Shown here piece by piece: positions 51,571 to 64,000 of a stretch of DNA of 64,000 nt. Below the pieces are notes generated by a model that was given only the letters and a program-made list of their open reading frames with translations, was not told the origin of the DNA and searched no databases. This stretch comes from Blasia pusilla (Eukaryota), in contig CM114271.1 in the NCBI GenBank assembly GCA_050084515.1, positions 7,936,001-8,000,000 on the forward strand, read 5' to 3'. How positions within the stretch are numbered: position 1 is the first letter of the stretch; the number at the start of each line of letters is the position of its first letter. The position numbers were made by a program, and so were the translations under genes.

Positions 51571-53911
51571 CTCTCTCTGTGTCTGATAGAGATCAAATAA
51601 TTGCACTTACGTTGTAATAGCCACTAACTCTAAAGATACATCTCAAGGAACCTCGACACTGGCAAGCAGAAGAATAAACCGAGCCCAGAAGCTTTTCTAA
51701 AGCTCTCATCTTTACCACGAGCCTGTGGAGATCCAGATGTGTGCAAATCCTTTGGGGAGAAAGAAGGAACAAATTTTAAAGGAAGGGGAGCGTGGCACTA
51801 GTGCCCAAAGTGATGGGTGGACTATTGCCTCCGGGGATCAAGACGACCATTAGACTTGCCAGTGAAAACTGAATTATTGCCTCTGGAGATGAAGAAAAGT
51901 GAGGTTTAAAAGCGGCCCCAATTGTATTTGAAGCTTAGGAATGATGCAGGGATTCCCAGAGATGAGCAGTAGGATTTCTTGGTGTACCATGGTGGACCTC
52001 GGTTACCGATTCGTCGTCTAAGACCAGGCTCTGAGATATGACAAGAGGTCAACGTATGATTTCGATGCTAGAGTCTTACCTCGCATTACTCGACCTTAGG
52101 AAATCTGCACTTGATCGCTGGGCCACATGCCTCCTGGAACAAGTACAAGACCCGATGGGGCTTCAATTTTCTCCGACATTACCTGCAGAATTCATGCAAC
52201 GTTAGATTGCATTCTCGCAAAGCGTCATCCTGGTCACGCTCGTTCAGATCTCATGATCATAAAGGAGGAGCCGCTGGTCGATTCAAAGAACCTAAAGAAA
52301 TTTTCATTGATCGAAGGGTCAGCCTAGCTATGGAGGTCTGACTAGTCAGGGCGTCTAGTTCATGACTAGCACGTTCTAGAGTCGAAGTTTTCCTCAGGAT
52401 CACAAGATCTGGCAGAAACATGAAGCTGCCTTGTGTTGTGGAGTCTCTATTTGCCAATGGTGGTGTACACCCTATTCGCTGAAATCCTGAGATTTTCAGT
52501 ATTTGCATGACACCAAAGCCTGGCCGCCTTTTCTCATTAGTTCTGGATGAAATACAACACAACTACCAACCAAGGGCAGCTCTAGTTCGCACCCTCAACT
52601 TGCTGCCTGACTACTCAACTAATCACATGTCGCACTAAATCTACACGCCATGGGATGAGGTTAGATACATCTTGGAGAGGTCGTAAAGGCGCTCATGGCC
52701 ACAAGCACTATCACAGCTTGGTTGATTGAAAGGAGAACCTCCCACTTTTGAACAAAGATAAATCTGTTACACTCGACGAGTCATTCAGGTTGCCTGTGAT
52801 AAGCACTTGGGTGGCCTATCCAAAATATAAGTAAGCAAATCCACCCATGGTCGCATATCGCATCCAGTTCAAGATGAGAATCGAGAGGATGTCTTTTCTT
52901 TCGAAGAAGCACTCGCTCGAATGTTTTGACTTCTTGCTTGAGAAATATCCCTAAATAGAGCTAAATTTCTATGATATCTACAAGCACGCCCCAAACTTAT
53001 TTTCACTCTTAGCCGATTCATGAAGGAAAAGAGTGCTTCCATTACTTACATGAGAAAAATCCCCAAAAAGGCTAGATTTATGCAGCGGTTGAAGGGATGC
53101 GGATTCTTCACGCTTCAGGCAGAGAAGGCACACTGCATGTCCCTGTGTACCCCCCACAAACCAGAGGCAACTATCCCCAATCAATGATTTTATGTACGCT
53201 CTTTGGCGGATCTATGATATCCTTGCACTATGGGTCCACGGCGTATGCTACCACCACAACTGCTCCAGGAAAATCACATTATGGAATTCCATGTTTTAAA
53301 AGTTTGGATCAGATCTGTCTCTAGATCCTACTATTGTCAAACAGAAGGTCAAGAAAATATAATCCTTGTAATGCTTGTGTTTGTGCCTATACTCCTTGAG
53401 TGGTTCTTCAAATACAAGAAGAAGTGTCTAGAATTTTAGCCCCCAATGCATCTCTTGATGCCATGAACATACGGGTGTCTTGGAAAAAAAAAAATTAGTG
53501 GATGCGGTTCATTTCAAAGAGTAAAGCAGCAGACATCAATATTTGTCTCTTGTTTCCTCTAACATGGGATTCTTAGTAGTCAATATCACTATAAAGTCAG
53601 AAAAAAGAAGGCACTCTGTAAAATATGGAAGGCATTCTCAGTAAATTAGGGAAGGCATTCTCTGAAGACAATTCTCCCTTTAGTAATGTTTAGGAGCTTG
53701 TATTGTATCCTATCTTTGAATGAGCATGTTCCTTGCTCACAAGCAATGGGTTAAATATGGTGTAATCCCCTTGGGTCATTGTGAGGTGATGATTTGTGAT
53801 TCCTCATTGAATGTGTTTCAGGTTTTTTTCTTTCCCATGGCTACTTCCATATCAGATTCTATCCGGGTAGTGTGTGGTGTTGCATTGGGGGAAAATACCT
53901 ACTAGAGATAT

Positions 53912-56281
53912 TTGCATGATGGAACTAAGTGGATGTGCTTGGTTTGTAGTCGCATTTACTCAGCAAAGAACAAAACCAAGTGCAATCAGCACTTGACTAA
54001 GAAGCACCCAAACTTGGACCCATGCTACTTAGTACCTTTAGAGAATGCAGGCCGGCATCCAAAAGACCCTGTCAAGGGCCGTAAAAGGAGCATTAGTGAC
54101 TCACAGAGAGAAAAAGAATTGATGAAGAAATCAGGGGATGCTAGTGAGCGTTTAGAGAAAATGAGGAGGGAAAAATTATACAGATTTAGACAGCATTGGT
54201 CTGAGACATGGTTGACCATCGAACGGGATACTATCATCCCACACTTGTTCAAGAAGCCGGCCTTGTTGGCTCTAATGGAGTGTGATCTCCCAAAGTGTCT
54301 TTGTATCCAAGATTGGGACGAAATATTGGATAGAGATAAATATGCGTTCTGTATTGTGAAATTTCGAGAGTGTGGGGAGAGCAATGTCATGATGGATGTC
54401 ATGGTGTTGGGATGCTTGGGTGCCATTCAGAGAGCTAGTGAGCCTGATTCTACTGACCTCATTGGAAGGGGAAAAACTTACTTCATACATTTGGAGTTGG
54501 TGAAGAAACTTTGGGGAGTAATAAAGCAGAAAGAGGGAGTATCATTGGGTTTGCTTCCACCTGATTTCAATGAAGAGAGATCAAAGCAAGTGAAGGAAAC
54601 ACTTGCTTGGATTGCTCAGAAAAAAAAAAACTTGATGGGTTGGCTTGAGAAGGATCAAGCCAAGTATGCAGATTTCATGGCTAGGCAGCAGTTCAATGAA
54701 TGGTTGGAGAAGAGGAATGTGGAGAAGATGAAAGAAGTTTGTGAAAAATAAGCTTATGCATATGTCCCAAGGGAGAAGAGGGGTGTAGAGTTGGAATGGT
54801 CAAGGAAGACTATTCAAGAATCTGCAGTGGGGGGTAGCTCTAGGAAGTCATCTCCCACTTTACAAGGAGATGAAAATGATGATATTAGTGATTTTCAAGT
54901 TTTGCGCCCAAGGAGAAGATCGAAGATGGCTTCTAGGTCTACTGCCAAGCAGACTACAACAAAGAGTGGGGATGAGAATGTCGCTTCAACATCTGTGCAA
55001 GAGCCTAGGAAAAAAGGCATGCGTACTCGATCCATGGGAGGTGCCTCTTCTTCCAAGGAAGCACTTCCACATGTTGTTCACCAAGATGTTGGTGAGTCTC
55101 TTGCCTCGCCCAGAGAGAGCTTGGTTTCAGTTGGAGCGGATGAGGGTGGTTTTGGAGTAGCTTCATGTGTTGTTGAGAACAGAGGAAGGCATTCTTGCAA
55201 ACCAGAGTCATGAACTTGGCATTGGCTCTCCATCTGTTGAGACTATTCCATGTGGGAAAACCTTTCAATGTAGCTCACTTGTGGGTGACCAAGATGTTGG
55301 TGGGTCTCTTGCATCGTCAAGAGAGAAGTTGGTTTCGGCGGGAGTGGATGAGGCTGGTTTTGGAGTAGCTTCATGTGTTGCAGGAATAGAGGAAGGTAAT
55401 CCTACGGTGGTGGTTGGTGGTGATCTGATCGGATCATCACGGAGTGAGAGTCTTCCATTTGATTTCACCTCCGAGAGGCTATTGGAACACGGGTCAAGCC
55501 TTCATGGGGAGGATGAGCATGCGGAGATTTTTTATGAGTTGGGAGATAGTGTAGTTGACCCTGTGGATATTGTGGAGACATTGTTGAGCCGTGTGGATAG
55601 CATAAACCATAGTATAATGCATAGCCCTGCAGAAGATACATTTGTTACCCCGGTTGGTGGTGCTTTGGATGGTCATAAGACATCCAAAGAGGGTCACACT
55701 CATGATGATGGTGCTTCTCCTGTTGAATGTTCAGCTCTTGTGGGACCTTCTTCCCATGATCTTTGTGCTATAAGGAAGAATTTGTTGAAGGTTTCATCTT
55801 CATATGTACCCAAAAAGAGGAAGGGAAAGAAGAGTGTGGTAGTGCAGATTGAAGATGAGTCACATGAACATTGGGGGGGGTTTCATTCAGATGAAGATAT
55901 GGATCAGGTTTCAGAGAGCCAAATTCTCAGAGATCTCAATGAGGTAAATGATGAGTGGGCTACTCTACCCAAGAGCCAAATTGCTGATGCTGCTGATTGT
56001 GGGGAGGTACAAACAAATTTGCCAAATGCCTCCCAACTTAATGTTACTCAGATCATGGCGTAAATGCAGACCACGATCTTCTTGTAGATGGTAGCCACTT
56101 GAGGCCCAAGAGAGTTCTACGCCATACGGGATTATCCCCCACAGTGGAGGAGTGTAGAGAACTAGGGAAGTCCAAGGGTGAGATTATTCAAGATATGTTG
56201 ATTATACCACCAACTCGACAGGCAAAAAAGAAGAATGTGTATGGCAAATCAAAACTTGGGCAGAAGCGGCCTTTGAAATAG
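53912..56281 (+). pseudogene. C2H2 Zn-finger ORF with a low-complexity C-terminus; probable accessory gene of the adjacent MULE
   Basis: WMCLVCSRIY..CNQHLTKKH; broken into ORFs 53912-54751, 54791-55213 and 55167-56063. Confidence 0.45.
55081..55381. repeat. ~90 bp direct duplication, period ~208 bp
   Basis: ccaagatgttggtg.gtctcttgc..ggttttggagtagcttcatgtgttg at ~55081 and ~55289. Confidence 0.8.
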
Positions 56282-56899
56282 GTAACCTTTCAAATTTTAG
56301 TATTGAGAGCATTGCTTTTTTGTTGTTGTTCTCTTATGGCATGTAGGGAAGATCACATCCACAAAGGATAAGTGCTCATGATGTGGTTTGTTCATTTGTT
56401 CATTTCAGGTGGGAGTTGATTCTGGATTCAAATGGCAAAATTCTTGGCTTTTTCCATGGCTACAAACTTTATAGTGTATTTGTGGCATACGTTTGAAGTA
56501 ATAGATAGAGGAAAAGAGTGTTTAATGCTCTTTCTCATTACAAACCTATTTTAGTAAATGTCATTTTCGAAGGACAAATGCCACATTCTTTGATTCGGAT
56601 TGTAGGAAGATTGGGATAGGAAAGGAATGGAACTATAGTCGATATCTCCAACGCCTTCTTGGGAGGATAGGTGGCATTGTATTTGTCTACTATTGCAGAT
56701 TTTTGTACTGTGTTTCTTTATCTTTTGTATTTTCACCCTTTCTTTGTGACAGTAGGAGAGTAAACAAGAGTGTTACCTTATGAACATCATAGTATCAAGA
56801 ATGATGGTCATTTACCTCCTTACTTGTTACAAATATGGTTTTTTTTTCTGGATGAAAGAAATTTGAGATTGGAATCCTGTTGATTATTAGAAGCATTAC

Positions 56900-57650
56900 T
56901 TATGAGAGCGCGTGCATTGTCTATTGAAGGCAATTTACCATTCCCATTCATTGGGCGTGCATCTATATTTTCATGTTTACATGTTGTATGGTTGGTTACT
57001 CATCAAACAAGATGAATTGGAAGGTGTCTTGGTTTGATTTTTTCTATTTCTCTTGCTCCTTTTGGACATGCATTCTTCTCTTCTTCATTTGTAAGACAGT
57101 TTATTATTTAGATTCATTGAATGGTTGATCTTGTTGTGGTCTAGCTTGCTTGCTGATTGATATCCAAGGCAAGTTTACAAGTGGATGCATTTGACTCAGC
57201 ATGATGATGTACTTGTCATGTTTTGGTGAATACATAGTTAAAGCTTTAGACTACATGGTCCTTTTTAGGATGAACAAGTTCTGACATTGGAAACACTCGG
57301 ATTTTTTCACACAGAACTCAGATTGTTAGACACAGAACTTTCACACCCCTTTGCTGTGAAGAAAATATCTGTTTGTGAGTGACTTTAGTTTATGAGAGTG
57401 TGCGGACTGTCTTCACAAGCATTTCCGTGTATCCTATTTTACAGGCACATCCATTGTTTTGAGTGCTTTTGTGTTGTATGGTTTGTTATATATGGTATCA
57501 TGGTGAATTGGGAGATGTGTCTTGATTCAGATTTCTCTATTTCCCCAAAACCTGTTAGACATGCTTTCTTCTCTACTTCTTTTGTAAGCCGAATAATTTT
57601 TTGGATTCATTTAATGGTTGATCTTGATGAGTGCTATGTGGCTTGCTAAT
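56900..57650. repeat. ~250 bp diverged direct duplication
   Basis: ttatgagag..gaattgg..acatgc..atggttgatcttg at ~56900-57150 and ~57390-57650. Confidence 0.65.
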
Positions 57651-57921
57651 AAAGAACTTATAAGATTGGAAATAGCCATTATGTTGGTGATAGAACGTTT
57701 ACACTCCTTTTGTGTGAAAGTTCACAAGAGTTTCCATCATGTTTTTCCCTAATGATAGCATGGTGCTTCGAAGAAGGCATTCCGGCTATACTGTATCACT
57801 TTCAGTTTCTTAAGTCTACCTCTAGGGACTCGAGTTTTACTTCTAAAAAATATTTCACCATCTTTCTAATGTACTTCTCACTAACTGTAACTCTAGAGAT
57901 GATGAATGTGTGTAGGGAAGT

Positions 57922-60900
57922 ATGGACCTCAATAATCCTATCGACTTGACATCGACTCTTCCCCCATCACATGAAGCCATGGATAGAAGGATTCAACAAA
58001 GTGCTTTGACAAAAAGGATTTTGGCCATGAAGAGGACAGAGGTTCAAACAAGCATGCCGATGGGGAACATATCAGCAAAAGACCTCCAGTGGAATGTCTA
58101 TAATGCAGCATATATCCCTTGGTATAGGCTCGAGGATTTTATTATAGGTGAGGGTATCGGAGACAATATAAATCCCACTACCTTTTGGAAAGGTACATCG
58201 AAATGCATAGGAGAAAGGTTACGAGAAGAAGAAGGAGAGGAAGCATCTTACACTATTTATTTTTGTGCTTACAGGCCTCAAGACAATCGACGCTTGCATC
58301 AACCAGTTGTGAATAGGCGAGTAGGCATAAGTTTCATTATTTTTTACATATAATTACATAGTCCTTATTTTAATCGTTTATTATATTTTGGTTGAATAAG
58401 TGTCACACGTTCAATTTAGAGCATATGATTGTAGTCCCATGTAGTTGAGTGGTCAATTTATTCTCGATAGAATGCATTCTGCAGTATATTGAACAGTCAA
58501 ACCTTCCCAAGACAGCCCGTGAAGTCGCCCTCGTGCACAAAAATAATCCGAGGAGAGAGTTAGAAGCGAGGATGCCAATGTCATTTTTCAAGATCCGAAT
58601 CAAGTCTCCAATGCATGCGAGAATAGTTTACAAACACAGATTGCACATAGACAAGGATGGAAAACCATGCCATGGATCTAATGATCCAACAAGTTTGGGA
58701 ACTCCAACAATGTATTCTCCTAGGATCTCAAATGAGCTGAGATGCTACATAAAAGAGAGACTTCGTCTTGGGGTAAAGCCCCACCAGATTATGTCGCAGC
58801 ATGGCCTCATGCTAAAATATCGATCTGAAATATCTCCTGACTTTCAAAAAAGCATGATAAGGGATGATTTCATGCAAATGCATGATATTGCAAATGCAAA
58901 AAAGGAGTTGAATATGGAGACGTTCCAGTTTTGCATAGATGAGAATCAATCATTATATGCATTTGTAAATCTCTATCCAGAGAAGGTCTTTATTTATGAG
59001 CCTTATTTAGATGATGCCAGACCTTTCATATTGGGATTCCAAAGCACTTGGCAGATGCAAGCGATGGTGAAATATAGACACAACAGTGTTTTGAGCATGG
59101 ATAGTACGTTTGGTACCAATCGAAGAAAGGTACTAAGTTAAGTAGTCTTTGAAGTATACAATGATGAAAATGTGCTTTCATCATTGAAATGGAAGATATA
59201 TTTGAGATGCCATTGCTACTTGTAAGAAACCTCATCTGTTGTATACTCTTGTGCAGTTTCCTTTGTACACTATTTTGGTGTTCGATGAGCACCATACTGG
59301 AATACCTGTAGCTTGAATTTTGACTAGTAGCTCAAAGGAGGTGCATTTGGTGAAATGGTTGCGGGCAGTGGCGGAAAAGTGTAGACTACAACAAAAATCT
59401 TGGGAGCCGAATGCAATCATAGTGGATGATGCCAACGCCGAGCAAAATGCATTAAGGTATTCTTGGGATCCTAAAGTTGCGGTATCTTGGTGAAAGGGTA
59501 TATCACACTTTTTTTTAAATGAAAAAATTTGTGTCAAATTTCCATCCAGTTCAGATATTTATTACATTAGGAAAGGCATTCTGAGACTGTTATATCAATG
59601 AAAGTTAAGCACATGGTTATATTCACTTGCAGGGTAACTTTTGCAAAGTCAAATATCATACTTTGTCTTTGGCATGTACGCCATGATCAAGCAAAGCAAA
59701 CTAAAGCGGAAGGTCGATCTTGCGATAATGAGAGCTCACATGTCACGACGCCTAGGGGAGATTATGTATGTAAATCGATGTGGCACGTACACTAGAGGTG
59801 TGATCTTGGACAATGCGAGAATGATGTTGCATCAATTCTATGTAGACTTCAGGGATGAAGTGAAGTTCATCAACTATATACAGACTTATTGGGAGCCAAA
59901 ACTAGGTGGCTACAAACACTTTACGTTTTTTCCCCTTCCATAATTGTTCCCTTTTTTATCACACTTTCATTAACTTTGTGCCACTCATTGCAAGGGCCAA
60001 CATGTACAAGATAAGGATGTGATTTGTTTTTGTGTGCAGACAAGTGGGTTAAAGCGGCGAGGGACTACCCTCATGCAAACCAGGACACAAATGCTGCAAT
60101 TGAAGCATATCATGGAAGCATGAAGGCAGTTCTAGCAGATGACAACAGAAGTATGTCTCAAAGAAGAGGAGACTACTTGGTTTGGAAGCTCAATAGTTTT
60201 GTAGAGGCATGGTACTTCCATATACACTTGCTGAAAAAAAATGGGTTTGTTCGAAATGCAGTAGAGGAGCAATATGTGAATAATGCAGTTCTAAAGGGAA
60301 GAGAAATCCCAGCAGATGATGTGCAACTTACAGAATCTAGGGGGCAAGTTAGGATGGCACGGGTGAGGAGCCAAACCATACCCAATAAGTGGTATGAAGT
60401 CTACAACTATGACACTGAATGGGGCCATTGTGAGTGTCCTTGGTCACTAAAAGGAAACATATGGTAAGAAAAAGGTTGGTTTGTCTTGGATAGCATAAAA
60501 TTAAGCAATCTTGCACCTTTTTCTGCACGTCATTTTATTGATTGAATCTTTTCAATTGATTCCTTCCATTCCTTTGTAGATTTCTGCTCTACTACGAGAT
60601 GATTACAGCGAAGAGGACCTTGTGAAAATACTTGGGACAAGAGTAGGCACAAAGCATGGCGGAATTGCTCAATTAAAGATGAGCAGGACGGATTCAGTCA
60701 CTCTTGACCTTCCATTGTCCAATCACATCCTGGACCTCAATGATACAAAAGGTGAATGATATGGACACCATCTAAATTTACTCATGATTCAAGGGGACAC
60801 TTGTGAGGTTGCTTGTATACATATAGACGTGTGTTTTGGCAATTCATCACATTCTCATGTATTTATGCACTATTTGGTGTGATTCAGGAGGCATTCCATA

Positions 60901-61279
60901 TGAAGATATGGACACGTGCACTTTCACTCAAGATACACCAATACTTGAAGCACTGAACATCCCCAAACCAAGTAACAAGGATATGGAGGTTGCTATGGAC
61001 AAGTGACTCGAGTTTGGAATCGAGTGTCAAGGAAATGAGTTATTTCTTACGATGGCGTCCAAAATGTTGAGAGAAATAAACGGGCGGATTGAGAGCGCAA
61101 AAGTTATGTTTGTGAACGGCTTGACTAATCAGCCTGGAAATCCCTTCCAGATTTACAAGGACGGGTTCCAAAATAATAATTCGCTTAAACGAGTGAAGTC
61201 CAACATCGAACGATGGTCTAAACAAGCAAACAGACGAGGTACACAATATGGAGCAGGACATACCAGAGTGATGGCTTAG
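57922..61279 (+). pseudogene. SWIM-finger MULE transposase, multi-exon
   Basis: YIPWYRLEDFIIGE; HIDKDGKPCHG; SMDSTFGTN; IVDDA; LCLWHVR; TNAAIEAYH; CECPWSLKGNI (SWIM, damaged). GT-AG introns, e.g. 59130-59256. Confidence 0.85.
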
Positions 61280-61864
61280 GCACAGGTTGAAACTTCAAGC
61301 AAGTTACCATGCTTTCCAAAGCCCAAAACAAAGAAGAAGAAGTTGGGACCACAAGCTGAGTTGGACAAACAGGCAATGTCAGCTACCTTAAACAATACGA
61401 GCCGAGTACTTAGTGGCACATAATGTCAGTGGTATTTTTCAGTTGTGGGAAGGTATGCCTATGCCTTGTAAATGATGCATTTCCTTACAATGAATATCAT
61501 TGAATTTTTTTCCCACCACGAGTAGTGAATAATTAACGGAATGCCTTTTAGGAAAGCATTCTTACTTTACAGTTCTTCACCGCATTGGATCACGGAACCT
61601 AGCCTAACACAACCGCCGGCCCTAGGCTTCCAAACTTGCAGGACGAGGCATTTTTTATGCGCGTGTAGGACCTGGACCAAGCCATTCCCATTCAAGTTTT
61701 AAAGTTGTAAGGTCTAACACGATCAGGAGTGGCGTTTCGATTTCAGGGGGCCAATCTGCACGAGCTGGTATGGCTACTCTTAGACGCGCATTTTTGGATA
61801 GGAAATAGAAAAATTTTGGGCCACGGGGTTCTGTAATATTAGTGATATCGCAAGGAGAAATTGA

Positions 61865-62617
61865 GTGAACTGCTTCTTTAGGGAGAAACTTAGTGAGGAA
61901 GTACTCGACTCGCGCTCGTATCCTCCATTTTGGAGTTGCTCTGCCAAAATTTTGATTCCAGTCTCAATAAATCCATTTTCATCAGCGACCATGGAAAGTA
62001 TTGATGCAAGAAAGAGGACCAGAGAAGTTGTGATCGAGCTTGGCCAAGATTCCAAACCTGGACAAGCACTGGATGAAGGCGATAGAGGCAATACATCACT
62101 TCAAGACATTGGGAAACACCAGAGGAAATCCAACCACACCAATTCTTACTCTCCATTTTCTCGTACCAATCTGTCTTTATCAGATATGAATAGGAACTTT
62201 GATGATGCATTTGTGAAGATTTTCATGCGCCCTGTAGGAAACAAGGCACCTAAATCTCATAAGGGAACATTTTCAGAGTTGCAAGAGTTGTCAACCAGGT
62301 TGAAAGTAATCTCAGATGTTTGCATTACAATGGAGTCTATTGTGAAGGGATTTCAGAATCAACAAATTTTGCTAGGCAAGCTAGAAAGTTACCGTTTAGA
62401 AAAAACCATTGATGGTTTGCCGGAAATCATTGAGAAGTTTGTGTTACAAGTGAAAGCTCTTTTGACAGATGAGAGTATCGTACAATTGATGATGGAAAAC
62501 AGCGAGGTTTTGCAATGTTTAGATCAGAATGGTAGTGCTTGGGAATTTCTACGAGCTCGGATTTCCTTTGATCTTTGCCCCAAGAAGTTTAGGCATCCAG
62601 TTCTTCATCAATCTTGA
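61865..62617 (+). CDS. Hypothetical ORF, 250 aa, no recognised domain
   Basis: Only evidence is a long open frame in AT-rich sequence. Confidence 0.3.
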   Translation: MNCFFREKLSEEVLDSRSYPPFWSCSAKILIPVSINPFSSATMESIDARKRTREVVIELGQDSKPGQALDEGDRGNTSLQDIGKHQRKSNHTNSYSPFSRTNLSLSDMNRNFDDAFVKIFMRPVGNKAPKSHKGTFSELQELSTRLKVISDVCITMESIVKGFQNQQILLGKLESYRLEKTIDGLPEIIEKFVLQVKALLTDESIVQLMMENSEVLQCLDQNGSAWEFLRARISFDLCPKKFRHPVLHQS

Positions 62618-64000
62618 ATCCAGATTATCTCAGACAACATTTATTTGAGCTTTATTTTGGTTGTAGGCTTGGCATACTTGGGAGATGATCTTATGTATCT
62701 ATCTGTCACACAGATATTCTAATAACTTTATGATCAGAAATCAATTACAGAATCGTGTGTTTTCATGATATTTCCTTTATCATATCCTATTCATGGTCTG
62801 CTAAGTCTGTATTGAAATACACCTACACATGCACTATACACACTATGCTTTTAGCTGAAAGCACTGAACATGTTGAAGATGATTGCATAATGCCTTCCCT
62901 TCCATAAATTCCAAGTTGTTGGAGTACTTTATATTGCATACCATAATGGATCCAAAAAACATCGTGACACGTTAGATTTAGATAGCTAATCTCTTGAATA
63001 GTTTGGGTAAATTTGAGGATCTGCCCAACACATAGTCCAAATTGTATGAGCAAAATATTTACATGGCTTGAAAAGATAAATATTTTATGTATAAAAGGAT
63101 TGATCACTAGCAGGTTTTTTGACATACAATGTCAGAATACTTTCTGTTTTATACTTGCAATTGGAAATCCCATCTTCCAAGTGTTACATCCATCAAACCA
63201 TCTTGCCCATATCACATATGGGACCGCCACTAAGAATATACGAAGCATATAAGTATTTCCTCAATGGGAATGCTATAATGCTTTCTTTCTCATGCCAAAA
63301 TAATATGCGTCTGTGAGTTTGTGGCAAAGGTGGAATGTTCTTGTGTTCTTTAACATGTTTGCCAGATATAACCATTCTTTATAAAATTGCTTCATTTCAT
63401 GCTTGGTATATCACATAAGGAATGCCTACCAAATGGTCAGAACTTTATCCAATGTCAATTTAGGAAGTATATGACATAATATGAATCACAAGGACATTCA
63501 CTCTTCAACTTAAGAGTTAACCCTCTCTCAAGCAGTAGTACTTTTTACTACGTACTACATCATTCTCCTAGACTACACTGACAAAATCTACAATTTCTTG
63601 TAATATGCCTAATTTTGGCGACCAAACCTTAATATTCCGCCATCTTTCCTCCTCCTCGTCAATTTTCTTCTTGTATCTGGAAAGTTGTTCTTCCCACTGA
63701 TTTTCCATACACCATGCTAGAGCTTTAGCCTCTCTTTCTCCTCTTCCTCATCAATTGCACATTCGATGTAGAACTTGGCAACTTCCTCTGCAAATTGTTT
63801 TAACTCTTATTCCAATTCCTCAATTTTTTCCAGCTCTATCTCTTCCTCTATACTAGCTCTTCTAATTCTCACTGGGGGGACTTTGTAGCCAAATTTTTTT
63901 CATCTGATTCACTTGGAGGCATACGCCTTCAGTAGGTACCCTTCATTGACAACATAAACAACACAAGTTAAAATATCACCACCACTCAGTTAAAGCAAGT

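Noticed and set aside
63600-64000. Minus-strand Glu/Lys-rich coding fragment
   Set aside because: Interrupted by stops, no recognisable domain, and cut by the window edge.

Overview
Eukaryotic, intron-containing, transposon-dense window, most consistent with a non-seed land plant (inference from the TE families and a nepenthesin-type protease pseudogene). Almost everything is degenerate or nested TEs. (1) Two copies of an unusual Mutator-like (MULE) element. A GCM-like/DDE/SWIM transposase is paired with a spliced accessory gene encoding a ParB/Srx-like domain plus a beta-class N6A/N4C methyltransferase-like domain. Its introns and intergenic spacer carry roughly 60-75 copies (counted by eye) of a ~27-29 bp palindrome, TGCAACCCGTCGGAnTCCGACGGGTTGCA. 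(2) An ~11.8 kb P-element/THAP9-like TIR transposon, carrying an EDM2/NSD-type multi-PHD ORF, inserted into copy 1. (3) A Ty3/Gypsy element with a full set of DNMT3-like C5-methyltransferase motifs between protease and RT, sitting inside a LINE. (4) LINE, Copia and solo-LTR fragments, an aspartic protease pseudogene and a second, SWIM-type MULE. Nearly all ORFs carry stops or frameshifts. All domain calls are by-eye motif recognition, not database searches.
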